DNA from: Bugula neritina
Lineage: Eukaryota; Animalia; Bryozoa
DNA length: 64,000 nucleotides
Direction of reading: 5' to 3'
NCBI GenBank assembly: GCA_964035545.1
Contig: OZ037767.1
Coordinates: forward strand, 9,434,581 to 9,498,580
Shown here: one piece after another, positions 14,301-27,139 of the stretch
Numbering within the stretch: position 1 is the first letter of the stretch
Layout of the letters: the number at the start of each line of letters is the position of its first letter
Notes under the pieces: model-generated
Told to the model about the DNA's origin: nothing
What the model saw: only the letters and a program-made list of their open reading frames with translations
The model's database searches: none
Translations under genes and position numbers: made by a program

Positions 14301-17300
14301 GAAAAAATTTTCTATAATAAAGTTTAAGTGAATATGGTGGGAAAATAAAAAACTAAGAATTTAGCCATCAACTTAATTCAAATTATTCATTATTACAAAT
14401 AAATAGTCTATTAATTGCAAAAATGCGTTGAGTTAAAAATTAATTTTCCAGTACAGACAATCACAACTAAATGAAACCTACTCAAAGAGAAAAACAAGAA
14501 ACCTACATGGGTATTAGCTATGATAAGCCAATCAGCATGAGATATAACATCTTCCACAGACACATCACCGAGTTCAAAATGCGACTTCACATTGTCTATA
14601 GTATATAGAATTTCTTTCTGCAAGTAGAGTACACAAGTGTGTAAAATGATGCATAAATGTTACACAGTATATTATGCTATATAATATATATACAGTATAA
14701 CATGTCAAATATACACACAATAGAATAGGTTATATAATACATAAGCACAGTGGAATATTACAGAGAAATATATAAATAAACACAGAGGAATATGCTACAT
14801 ATCCACAAAACACTATATAACAACACTCACGCACACACATATAATATATTGATCAAACCAGCTCTATATATAGAGTGTACAACATGTTATATACATAAGA
14901 GATTATGCTATATATCCACCATACGCTATATAAGCATACACATATATATTCTTCAAACCTGCTCTGGGGTGTTCCTATCTGTGTTCCCTTGTCTCAACTT
15001 TCTCAGTCTAAGATGCAAGTCTCGCAGACACTTTGCTTTCATCTGTTCGTGCAAACAATCCATGAGTATCTCTTCCTGGTATATTTTCCCTGGCAACACA
15101 AGTTGACATTGATATTGAGTAATTGATATTGAGTAGTTGATATTGAGAAGCCGATATTGAGTAGTTGATATTGAGTAGTTGATATTGAGTAGTTGATATT
15201 GAGAAGCTGATATTGAGTAGTTGATATTGAGTAGTTGATATTGTGTAGTTGATATTGAGTAGTTGATATTGAGTAGCTGATATTGAGTAGTTGATTTTGA
15301 GTAGTTGATATTGAGTAGTTGATATTGAGAAGCCGATATTGAGTAGTTGATATTGAGTAGTTGATATTGAGTAGTTGATATTGAGTAGTTGATATTGAGA
15401 AGCTGGTATTGAGTAGTTGATATTGAGTATTTGATATTGAGTAGTTGAGATTGAGTAGTTGATATTGAGTGGTTAATATTGAGTAGTTGATATTGAGTAG
15501 TTGATATTGAGTAGTTGATATTGAGTAGTTGATATTGAATAGTTGATATTGAGAAGTTGATATTGTGTAGTTGATATTGAGTAGTTGATATTGAGTAGTT
15601 GATATTGAGTAGTTGATATTGAGTAGTTGATATTGAGAAGCTGATATTGAGTAGTTGATATTGAGTAGTTTATATTGAGTAGTTGATATTGAGAAGCTGA
15701 TATTGAGTAGTTGATATTGAGTAGTTTATATTGCGTAGTTGATATTGAGAAGCTGATATTGAGTAGTTGATATTGAGAAGCTGATATTGAGTAGTTGATA
15801 TTGAGTAGTTGATATTGAGTATTTGATATTGAGTAGTTGAGATTGAGTAGTTGATATTGAGTGGTTAATATTGAGTAGTTGATATTGAGTAGTTGATATT
15901 GAGTAGTTGATATTGAGTAGTTGATATTGAATAGTTGATATTGAGAAGTTGATATTGTGTAGTTGATATTGAGTAGTTGATATTGAGTAGTTGATATTGA
16001 GTAGTTGATATTGAGTAGTTGATATTGAGAAGCTGATATTGAGTAGTTGATATTGAGTAGTTTATATTGAGTAGTTGATATTGAGAAGCTGATATTGAGT
16101 AGTTGATATTGAGTAGTTTATATTGCGTAGTTGATATTGAGAAGCTGATATTGAGTAGTTGATATTGAGAAGCTGATATTGAGTAGTTGATATTGAGTAG
16201 TTGATATTGAGTAGTTGATATTGAGTAGTTGAGATTGAGTGGTTGATATTGAGTGGTTGATATTGAGTAGTTGATATTGAGTAGTTGATATTGAGTAGTT
16301 GATATTGAATAGTTGATATTGAGAAGTTGATATTGTGTAGTTGATATTGTGTAGTTGATATTGAGCAGTTGATATTGAGTAGTTGATATTGAGTAGTTGA
16401 TATTGAGTAGTTGATATTGTGTAGTTGATATTGAGTAGTTGATATTGAGTAGTTGATATTGAGTAGTTGATATTGAGTAGTTGATATTTATGTTACTTAG
16501 TATCTTTAGAAAGCCACCAATTAGTGCAACAGGCAAGACTTGACAACAAGTTTACAGCATTCAGAACAATAAAACAGTTGAGTGGATAAAATGAGTCACT
16601 TACAAACCCGTGGAGGTTCCAAATGAGGAAATATTTGATCTCTAACAACAGCATTCTCATTCTTAGGAGGTCCACTGCCCCATCGGTCTTTGAAATATGG
16701 ATAGGCAAACACATCTTCTCTTGCTGGTTTCACTCTGCCATTCAGTTGATTGGTCAGCTGCTTTTGGCATTCTTCCTATGAGCAGAATAAGCATGTATAT
16801 TTCATTTGTGCTTAGAGCTAATCAAAATATCAAAGCTATTTAAATAATTTCCACTTGAATTGTAAAAATAGCTGCACCCAAACCTAAACATGTCACACCC
16901 TGTGAGCCCCGAAAACAAAATACAACTTAGTTTAAAAATAACCCAGTCATTAGTGATACTGTTCATAAAAAGTTCCACCTAAGACATCTACAACCAAAAG
17001 TTTGACATGGTTTTGCTACAGCATTAAATAATGTAATGCAGATTTTCCATCTGATGAATTTTCCTAATTTAATCAACAGATTTGCTATTAATTATTTAGC
17101 TAATTTATTTATATTAAAACTTTATTGAATGAATCAGAAAGTTAATTAGTACAAAAGAATAATATTTTCAAGGCTTGGGCCAATATCCAACACAGTCAAC
17201 CAATCTGAAATTTTCTGATATATAGAAATAATTAAAATCTAGCAATCCAACACTTCAACAAAACATTTTCAAGGCTCTGTAGAACACTTTCAAAACATAA

Positions 17301-20300
17301 CAAAAATGTTGATTTGTCAACAATGAAAATCTAACAAAATATTTTCAAAGCCATTGTTATTGGAATGTCATTATGATCGAAGAAGCCATTTATGCAATAT
17401 TTAGCTCGTTTGCTAATTTGTTGTTCTGATATATTCTCGATTTTGCTATTGAATCTGTTCTATGCTTCACTATTTCTACAAAAACTGTTCACTGAATCAT
17501 ATTCACTCACTCGCTCACTCTCAGTATTAGTCCAACTCTACGTGAGTGCGACTAATTCTCATTTTCATCTTGCTTTTGGGCCTTTGGAACGATCAAGATG
17601 AAACTTTGGTTATCAAAAGCGACAAGCTTAATCAAAAGTAAGTAAAATGTTTTTCTAACTTTATACTTCAACATTAGACTATAGCATGTAGACTGTGGCA
17701 TACTGATATTGATATGCATACTGATATTGGTACTGTTACTGTTGTCATTTAATTTTAGGCTTGTCAGTTGTTGCTATTGCTAGGTGTTGTACTTGCTATT
17801 CAGATTGATTGAAACTGTTAGTTTTGAACTCGGTGATGAGATTATTATTGTCAATCACATAACACCTATTTTTAATTATATAACTCATTAAAATCAGAAC
17901 AGGTGTCAATTCCAACCACAACATATTTTTCAACTAAATATTATATTTTAAAATTCAAGAGTTTTATTGCGCAAATTCTTTCTAGTGATAGCAAAACAAA
18001 CAAGGCTTTAATAGTCAAGCTGTTTAGTTGGTCCTATGCCCTGCTATGTCACAGAAAAAGTTTCACTTCCTTGCAAATCGGTTTCATGCGGCACATAAAG
18101 ATATGTAAAAAAGCGAAACTACGCTTCCAGCAAATGATCTTTATGCACAGAAGTGCTCTCCTTTGAGCAAAAAACGTTAATAACAAATAAGTTTAGTGGC
18201 TTGTAGCCAAGAGAAAAAAATAAAAAGATGACAAATCACTGCCTGTGCTGGAACGAATTTTTAAATTCGTAGTTCATCTGAATTGAGTGTTTGAATGTTT
18301 GGATTGTTTTAGAGCCATTTATTCAAATTTATATTTAGAAAAACATACATGATTCTGCTCTATATCTAATATCATGTTGACCTGTTACTACTACCTTTCA
18401 TTGTTGTTGGTAGTGACCTTATTTTTATGATCTAACCTGCAGAAGTACATTTATGCTCACTGTGATGTCAAAATAATATAAAGAATAGTATATATTAAGT
18501 TAAGTATTCGTTCAGCTTATGTAAAACAGCATTGAGGTTGATGCCGACTGATCTTTACATATGTTTATCAAGTGACTGAGGAAATAAAAATTACATGGAG
18601 CGAACAATGAGTGAATTAAAAAATTGAGTGCTGCTATTGTAGTAACTAACGAAGATGGCTCAAGAAACGTTACCAAGATGGCCATATTTGGCATGACTGG
18701 TTTAGCGTGTGCATCACTCGCTTCTTACAAGCTCTACAAGTGGCTGGGGAGAACAAGCATTCCCGTCTCAGATAAGGTTGGAGACAATGACAATGCTCAA
18801 AGTAGCAGCGATGAAGCTCCTAAGTCGAACGGTTCGACAACTCAGGCTAATGAAGAAAGTACTCCGGTAAGTAGAAAGTTCAGTCGATATCGTCTATCGC
18901 TAACGTCTAAAATCACTATTTTTACCTGTGCCGATTTCACTTGTGCCATATTTAATAGACACTGTTTCAAGCGTGCAGCAGAAACTCTTGAAAATATATA
19001 TAAATAACAGCAACTCTTGCAAAACGACTGCCAAATAATACAGCAAATTATAAAAATGTTTTACAAGTATAGTGATCTTTGATGTACACAATCATGAGCT
19101 TAATATGGGACTTGCTGCCGCAGCCAAAGTATTTTTTATATTCTTTCAATTTGAAGTTTGCAGGTGTATAGTATAGTTTTGATTCATTTCAATGATAGTT
19201 TCTATATTTATACCCAACAGATATTTACAACGTAATTGCTCAAATATAGTTTTATATATACCAATGTATATCTTGATCTTGACAAGCTACACCTTGTTTA
19301 GAAAACTTCAAGGATGCAATATTACTACTGTTGTGGAAAATAAAAAAGTATTTCCAATATTTTAATTTTAAAACAGTTGAAACAGTTATTTTGCTAGATA
19401 AGCTACAATACAATCCATTCCCCCTATGGCCTATGTGAAGCCTGGCTAACCACCTCCTTTATGACAAACACCCTGTCGTGAATATAAATACACTGTGATA
19501 TTTTAGGCATGTGATATGATAAGTAAATTCTGAGCATTATAGATATATAGGCTCAACTAAGTTCTAGAAAAAGACTGAAAATCATACCCAAACTCAAAAT
19601 CTAAATGTTTAGTGAAGAAACTATAGCAAAAAAGTTATAGACCGAGGCTCAGCAATGTAGTAGAAGGTTACTCCATGCATTGTTAGTCTCGATTACAATG
19701 AAAGCTCAATCTATTTTGTAGACCTCCAACGCAACCTCTCAGGCTATCAAAGAAAAAGAACATGGCAACGGGCTCTTTAAGAAAAAACTATACCCTCAGG
19801 CTCTCAACTCATACCAAAAAGCTTTGGAGCTCTGTCCCAAAGAGGAAGTTAAACTGTTAGCCGTTCTGCACCAGAATAGAGCAGCTGTTCACGAGTGCAA
19901 GGTAAACCTGTTGTCTCATATTTTGATTATGTCACAAACACTATGCTAGGGTCACTATGTCTGCATTTTATCTGAATTGAACGCAGAGTAAACTGTATTG
20001 CTTTATATCTTTCATCTATACAAGACAATAGTTACGATTTGCATTTCCGACAGAAAAACTGGAAAACTGCGGTGGCAGAGTGTACAGAAGCCATAAGATA
20101 CGACTCAGCCTACCAAAAAGCATATTCACGAAGAGGGAGAGCCAATTCAGAAATTAGAAAATTCAAAGAAGCGAAGAAAGGTGATAATCAGATGTTTTCA
20201 ATAAAGCTATAATCTAGGATAAGAAAAGAGCCACTTTGCCTCGGCGCAGTATTTCACTCTGTAATCTTTATGATGTGTCCATGGTGATGGTAAATGTGTC

Positions 20301-23300
20301 CTAAAAAGATTTAGCAAACCCAGCTATTTCTCAATCCTGGCTGCAATGCACGTATTTTATGTGCTTCTAAAATTTATATACTAACCGGCTATTGCAGATC
20401 TGGCTGTTGGCTATTACCTGCAGAATTCCCCCAGCGAGGCGGCAAAGCAATCTTTAATCCTGGCCGTAGAGAAAGATGCGGAAACTGCAGTTGTCACCTA
20501 CATGAAGGTGTGCTTGCAGCAAAATTATTAAAACTTTTAAACACTTATTATTTCGCACCATGTTTTCTTGGTTACGTTCTGTTACCAGAGGTGATGAAAA
20601 TTACCTTCTGTTTACAATAGGTTTCTATTTTATAGAATCGGCAGCCCGTGCTGATTAGTGCTGAGAACGTGAGATCATATATGGCCAGCTTTCGGTTCGA
20701 TCCAGTGAGCACTATCCTCGCAAAATTTTCTGCACCAGTTGAGGGGAACAGGTTAGAGTGATATTTGCTAACAAAAACTAAAATATGTCATTTCTTAAGA
20801 AAATTCAAAAGTATGTTTTTCAATCACAATGAAAATTGCAAATTTGATAAGCTTCTTTTGTTCTATTCATGTGTACTTAACACCTATTTAATGCTCTGTA
20901 AAAATGTATTGCAAGTTTGTAAACTTTAATAAGGTTATATAACATGCCCTATACATATTTTTGCAAATGCGTTTTTAGGGTCCCTTTCCAAGTTGCATGT
21001 CACCAGTTTGAGGTGAAAGAATACGACGCAGTGCTTCCACATTTAGACCAACAAATGGCACTAGGAGGCAACAATGGGTACTTAAAAGAAACGTTGTTAC
21101 TCAGGGCGACATTCAGGGTCTTAGCTGGCTTGCCCGAAAAAGCCGAATCAGACATCGCCAAGCTCATGAGCATTAATGGCCTACCACCTAGGGTAGGTGT
21201 AACAAGCAGTGTTTGTAGCTCATCAAGAAATTCTTTTGAAATCATGCTTTCCTTTTGAGTTAGTTTATATTGTGTTTTCTTTTTGTTTTTAGTACATGTC
21301 TGCCGCACTTTTGCGGAAAGCTCTCTTGGCAATGGCCAAGATCAACACGTATGATGCCTTCCTGATGATGGCTGATGCCATCGCGTGTGATCCTAAGAAT
21401 GGTGATATATATCATCATCGAGGCCAGGTAATGTAAGACCAGGTTTATTGTGGTCGTCTTGCCTTTGTGCAGTATTTCACACTGTGTCAATTGTGATCTT
21501 TGCATGTATATCATACACTTGTCTTAGTAAGCATTGATTAATTTAGCTGCTTTTTAATTCCGCCTGCAATCATACATAATAGATGAAGTGAGAGTGCATG
21601 GTGGAATAGATGATTGAGATGCAGAGCCCAAATGTGTTTGTATGTGTGTGCAGGACCAGCATGCCTGGACATGCTTTACAGCAGTTAACATTATCTAGAG
21701 CTAGAATCCTCTGAAAAATGAAGCTTGAAAACTGTCTTTTCAGTTACTTTTTACAGCATCATCTTCTATGAACTGACAAATATGAAAACATCCAGTGCAC
21801 GTTTAATTTGCATAAAATATGTCTATATATAGTTTAATTAGCCATGAGTGAGTTTTTTCTTCTATATATTCAGTCCTAATTGCTATCTTTGCAGATTAAC
21901 CTGCTGATGGGTGACATGATAAGCTGCATGGACGATACTGAAAAAGCCATCCAGTACAACAAGACGGAGGTGCCAGCTCTTGTCTTTCAGCAGAAAATGT
22001 GTGGTAAGTCATCTTAATCAGTCCTCTTTTACTACATTATCCCTCGCCTAAAGTCTAACTCACACTGATGAAAAAAAGCTTTCTAAACTCATATAGCACT
22101 AGAGTCTCCTGTTCTTGCATAAACTGATTGTGAATTGGTGCATTCATGAAACTAGTTAACTGTATTTAGTATTCTCAGGTAAGCTAATGCCAGTAAATTC
22201 ATGTTGATTATCATAGAGTTGCAAATGGCAATACATGCAAAGAGAGAGGAGGATCTCAATGATCTTTTGTCGGAGATGAAAAATATGCTGGAAAAACACT
22301 CCACTGAGCCCAAAATCTGGGGCCTCTATGCTCAAATGCTCATCTCATTAGGCAATGGTGAGAAAGCTCAAGAAGTTTATGACCAGGCTATCGCCTGCTG
22401 CCCCAACCGCCCGACTCTCTACATTCAGGCATCGTAAGTACTATTTATAACTTAGGTGAATTAATTTGCCTATTCAAGTGTTTACTTTAGTTGCACACAC
22501 TTTTGATATATATGGATATATATATATATGCTTGCATGAATCTGATGAACTTGTAGTCAACTGCTGATCTCATCGGATAAGGGTTTGGAGAAAGCCCTCA
22601 CCTACCTCAACAAGGCTAAAGAAATAGACCCTTACTATGAAAACACATACTCTCACCTTGGACATGTATATCTTAAACTGTGAGTACTTTTTTCATACTA
22701 AACTTTTTCCCCTGAAGCTTTGAGCTAACATTTAGCTACTATATAGTAAATTTTTATTGAAAAACTGCAATGCTGTTTTGACTCGCAATACCTCATTGTT
22801 CCGGGCTAACTGATTTACTAGAAACTCATTTTCTCCATACCACAATTTTGCATGTCTGCTATCAGCTATGTTTACCTATTTACATTGAAAGTGTTGAGGG
22901 AGAGTTCAGTTATGCACACCAATCATCTTGGTAGAGCCATACAAAGTTTTAGTCAGCTATTTTAACAATAATAGTGATTGCCGAATATTTGTTAAATACA
23001 TTGTGATTTGCAGAGGCAAGATAGATGAAGCTCTGGAGAGCTACCAGAAACTTCTTGAATACAGCAGAAATGCTCCCGACGTTAAAAATGCTATGATGAT
23101 GGTTAGCTCTGTCGAAGCTCAGCTAGAGATGAAAAAGAACTTTGCCATGGAAGTTCCGAACATCTTTCAAAACTAATAGCCAGTTCGGCTATCGTGATGG
23201 TGTTTCCTATTGGATCAACTCAAACAATCAAGCCATTGCATAAAACATTACATGGCTAGTAGCATATGCTTTAGCTATCAACTTCTACCAACTGGAGTCT

Positions 23301-25389
23301 AGAATGTTGTGTAAGTGGTCAGCTAACCAGAGTGGTGAAGTGACAGACAGCACATATTATGATTATTGGGCTTATACCCTAGCTGTTACCCAGCATGATC
23401 ATGCTTAACTTTTCCCAGGCTGACAAAAAAGTTTTAAAAATTTTATTGTACTATACATTTGCGTGCTATTATTAAAATAAATGTTGAAACGTTCAGTTTC
23501 CAAAAACATGGTGTGTCCACCCTTGGAGTGTAATGAGTGAAAGATAATTGGAGGTTACTTCTAGACTAATATATATTAATATACATGAAATTACTGTGAG
23601 ATTCCTTTATAACCACATGATTTCTAAGCAAACAAACTTCAAATATCAAGTTTAGACATAATATCACTTATATTCAGAAAAAACATGTCCGGACTAGTAG
23701 CACTGTGACTATTAAAACTATGACTCAACTATTACCACAGTAATTATTACTACTCACGCAAGTGTATAATCACCATCTCTGTGAGAAAACCCCTGATGGA
23801 AAAGGTTTTCGTTCTAGCGGGCCGAGGACTTATTTAGATGAGGGCAGAGAGGCAATTATGACTGGATGCTCCTACTAACATCACCAATGTCCTTTGTAGG
23901 GGTTCAAACCCATGACTTCATGATTACTAAGCAAATGCTCCAACCCCTAGAACACAACTGCTCCCTATAATGACTGTTACTACTCTGACTGATACATTAC
24001 AATTGTGACTGAACTAACGTTACCTGATTCTGTATATTCTTATCCAACAACTCTTTCAAGTTACCAAGGTGCATCCGCAGCAACTCCTGGTAAGCCAAAT
24101 TCAACTTCAGTGCAGTTTCTAGGGTATCACCCAATTCTTCTTTAGAACCGTCTTCCATATCATTAGTGATGCTTTTTTCAACATCACCTTCTCCTCTAAT
24201 ATCATATACAGATACATATATATATATAAATCATATAAACCCTGTTCTGGCTGGAAGCTTACACGACTTCCCCTGTTGGTGGGATATCATCACTGCTTTC
24301 ACAGACAGAACTTGGGGTCTGAATATACATGATTTTCCGATATTTCCAAAAGTACTACTTCAAAACTGCAAGGTGGTAGATTCAAACAACGCAGCATATC
24401 CATATATGTATTAGCTATTATCTACGGACTGTTTGAAGGTGGTAGATTCAAACAATTTTGTTTGGCAACACATTTTGTGCTCATGCTAATAATACTATTG
24501 CTGACTACTCTTAGCTGCCTTGACACATAGCTTAATAATTTAGCTGGCTTAAAAGTTTAAACTTCACATGAAAATATTACTTCTAAAAACTGCATCATAA
24601 CATTTATGATGCAAGATAAAATACTTGCCGGTGAATATACGTTGTACTGATCGCTGAAGTAGATCCAGTGGAGAACGGATCAACGTGGCCTTGACCTGAA
24701 CTACCTTGACCTGAACAGGTGTGTAGCTCACCATCTTCATCACTATCTTCTTCCACTACTTGGTGAGAATCACCTTCAATACACAGAATGTACATGAAAA
24801 GGTAAACAAGCTGCTCTATGCTATATGATTAATAAACACCACACTGACAACTTCTAGATAACATTTAAATTCCCTCAGACTTCTTATTTTAGTTTTATAT
24901 TGCAAGGAGGATGTATCTATATCAAGTATTCAGGGTTATTATTCAAATTTCATAATTTACTCAAAACAATTAAGAGAACGTTTCATTGATGGCCGGTTGC
25001 TGTGCATGTATACACAGGCCTATAGTTAAATGTGCATATTCCTTTTTCTAAAGTTATCTAGTATAGTACAGTATATCAGCAAAAACATTTATTTCCTTAT
25101 TTCAAGTTTCAACTGTTGGTAAAATCTAAGCACGCTTCTTCAGCAAAATATTTTTTCACCAAATTAGTGGAGGAAAAATAACCAGCCACCAGTTAATATA
25201 AGCATAGGTAGTGGTGTAGGACTAAGGCTTAAGCATTGCTCAAGAACCAGCATTTTAAAATTTCAAGTTCAAAAGTGCTAACATACTGTGTTGACAAAGA
25301 GGGGTGTTACCTTGTTGGTGAACACTTGACTGCAGCACAAGCTGTATTTGGTGTATGTCATCATCTAATTTTTCACCTTCTAAATCCAT
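2397..25389 (-). CDS. SNAPC4: snRNA-activating protein complex subunit 4 (SNAP190), Myb-repeat protein, ~1190 aa, 20 coding exons
   Basis: Phase-consistent exons: 25311-25389, 24629-24773, 24024-24195, 16604-16775, 14959-15089, 14507-14617, 13738-13902, 13101-13251, 12891-12991, 9210-9453, 8942-9067, 8459-8683, 8023-8135, 7234-7341, 6831-7031, 6257-6381, 5608-5736, 4739-4865, 3734-3920, 2397-3154 (3570 nt in total). Motifs resembling SNAP190: MDLEGEKLDDDIHQIQLVL, LETALKLNLAYQELL..LLDKN, PYFKD..GPP.N, tandem Myb repeats (WSASED..L..HG..SW..VA.ELG; WTQKED; CRDRW...L.P...RWSLEED), LLPPN, YKELSEKVKSLFFWPAVLS. The exact 3' end is uncertain (alternative donors at ~2425, ~2380, ~2189). Confidence 0.88.
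4343..4545. repeat. 15-bp minisatellite (AGTCACAGTAGCAAT)n, ~13 units
   Basis: Directly visible; produces the spurious CDYCY ORF. Lies in a SNAPC4 intron. Confidence 0.95.
9540..10821. mobile_element. Non-autonomous DNA transposon (pogo/Fot1-like MITE)
   Basis: Perfect 17-bp TIR GGGGTAACGGGGGCACA / TGTGCCCCCGTTACCCC, with TA on both sides. Internal copies of a GGGGCACAATGGGCC-like motif at ~9730-9775 and ~10450-10500. No ORF. Confidence 0.85.
11056..12774 (+). mobile_element. Internally deleted pogo/Fot1-like (Tc1/mariner superfamily) DNA transposon
   Basis: TIR CCGTAAAATGGGGTAAC...GTTACCCCATTTTACGG with TA TSD and repeated subterminal GGGGTAACTTTGGCC motifs. Broken transposase N-terminus at ~11870-12240 (KYDITKGTLQNR..PGRQTVLS..EE; WGFPL..DFRIIVK..F..N.P...W..SFMSRH), typical of HTH-psq/CENP-B DNA-binding regions. 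No DDE domain seen. Confidence 0.88.
13345..13715. repeat. 12-bp minisatellite (AGTGTATACTAC)n with an internally inverted block
   Basis: Forward units at ~13345-13420 and ~13545-13715; reverse-complement units (ACTGTAGTATAC) at ~13421-13545. Confidence 0.93.
15108..16488. repeat. 14-bp minisatellite (GATATTGAGTAGTT)n, ~99 units, with a 392-bp higher-order repeat
   Basis: The variant unit GAGATTGAG recurs at 15447, 15839 and 16231 (392 bp = 28 units). Fills most of SNAPC4 intron 4. Confidence 0.95.
18678..23176 (+). CDS. TOMM70: Mitochondrial import receptor TOM70-like, copy A (~560 aa, 11 exons), nested antisense in SNAPC4 intron 3
   Basis: Exons 18678-18866, 19722-19901, 20054-20180, 20398-20507, 20636-20751, 20979-21192, 21293-21427, 21895-22003, 22217-22433, 22557-22679, 23014-23176, all GT-AG and in phase. 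N-terminal signal-anchor ([22 protein letters not shown]), TPR clamp (KEHGN..F; HQNRAA; YQKAYSRR), [26 protein letters not shown] at ~23476. Confidence 0.9.
23755..23965 (-). mobile_element. tRNA-derived SINE (family A)
   Basis: Colinear with 14-227. Also present at the matching position of duplication copy 2, so it predates the duplication. Confidence 0.8.
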
Positions 25390-25739
25390 ATGCCTGTGCC
25401 AGAAGGAATAACATAACTGAATAGATGAGTGGTTTACGAGTTTATACTTACCAGTTAATGCACAGCAATGCATAGTTAAATTAAAACGAAAACTATTATT
25501 ACAGAAGTGAATCAATAAACAATAAATTGCACAAAAACATCTGAGTAAAAACTTTTACCAATAAATCAAACTACCTTAAAACTATAGGTGTATAAATATA
25601 ACCTGATAAGTCTTAAGAATACTTGATATAACTTGAATTCGAAAACTTAAAAGTTTGAAAGTATAGTCCTATCATGATCAAGTAATCATATAAGTTGTGA
25701 ACCAATTAGGACTTCTTATATAATAATCATTCACATTAA

Positions 25740-26330
25740 CTCAAGTCCCCAAGTCAATTGGAAGCAGTAGAAATTCATGAGTTGATAATCTCCCTCCACA
25801 AACCTCAGCCCACAACTCTTTGAAAGGCTATGTGATCGAGTGACATGAGCTAGCTAAGAATTTCAATTGATGATTTTTAGCAATAGTGAGGAGGTCATTA
25901 TGGCATTCAATAGACTTTCAAACACAACTCAGGACTTCTTTTTTTGTTATAAAGTCTTTGTACATTTAACAAAAATGTTTCCATAACAGCTCATTTCAGA
26001 AGCTTTCATTGGTCTTCAAGAGTTGACTGTGATGATCGATGACCCATATGCATTAAGGAGATCTGATACTGCAAGAAAGCCCTGCAGTTCTAATTTGTAC
26101 TTGCAGTTGCCAGTGAACTTTCAGATTGATTTCAATTTTGTGAGTATTGATGTTGCTTGAGCTACTCTTACAAGCATTTCATTCTACGGACCTTCTACAG
26201 TGACAATCCATCATAGGTATTTAACGTGGTTTACTGGGTCTGACCATTTTTTTTAATAATTTCATCATTTGTTTAAAACCATCCGTTTTGTTGGCCACTA
26301 TTTTTGGCACTAAGTTCAAATAGGATGACT
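25740..26330 (-). mobile_element. Degraded RTE-clade LINE 3' fragment
   Basis: Broken minus-strand frames read EMLVRVAQATSILTKLKSI*K..YKLEL..; MKASEMSCYGNIF; HNDLLTIAK..LKF..HVTR..LSK, resembling the RTE post-RT region (RIAQA..L.KL..IW; EMRCYR.IL; DLLT.VK.RKL.WYGHV.R). Absent from duplication copy 2. Confidence 0.7.
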
Positions 26331-27139
26331 AGTATTATTTATTAACATACTTTTAAACATTGCACGAGGAATGAAGCTATTTACCACAACAGCTTCTTTT
26401 CTCAAACTATATGAAACTTGAGAAAAAAACGGTAACACACATAGTCCTAAGTGACAACAACTTAGTGATGTGCTGCATTGTTGTCAGTATTACTATTACT
26501 AATAGTAAAAATAATAGTGATAGTACAGTAGTAGTACTTGCACTGTTACTGTAACTCTTGTTAGTGTTACAGTGACACTGACTAAGTTACTGTTAGAGTT
26601 ACTAGTGCTAGTAGCACTACTACTAGTGGTAATAATATTAGACAAATACTAATAATAATAGTAATAGTTACTGTTAGCATTAGTATTACTATTGCTATTA
26701 GTATTACTATTACATTACAGTTAGTATTAGTATTACAATATACTAATACTATAACTTATACTATAAGTATAAGTATAATTATACTAAAAGTAAATACTAT
26801 TTCAAGTACTAGTGTGAGCGTCTAGACTCTAGAGTCTAGTACTTGTAGTAGTAGTAGTATAAATATTACAATTAGTATTAGTATAACTATTAGTATTACT
26901 ATTACTATTAGTATTACTATTACTAATAGTAATACTAATACTAATAGTAATACTTATAGTATTAGTATTACTATTAGACTTAGTGTTAGTGTATTACTGT
27001 ATACTAATACTTTAAATCGGGTTACTGTTGATAATATTTAATAAATATCAACTTTGTAATACTTAAAAGCTAAAAACATAACATAAAGATTAGGAGGTAG
27101 AACTCCGGGTTATTTATATTATTATAATTACTAGTACTA

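Noticed and set aside
15108-16488. CRISPR-like array, or the 223-aa STTQYQLLNINY ORF
   Set aside because: Contiguous 14-mers with no unique spacers, inside a eukaryotic intron; the ORF is a by-product of the repeat.
16493-16536. Extra SNAPC4 exon (WLSKDTK)
   Set aside because: No suitable AG acceptor, and exon 4 splices in phase to 15089.
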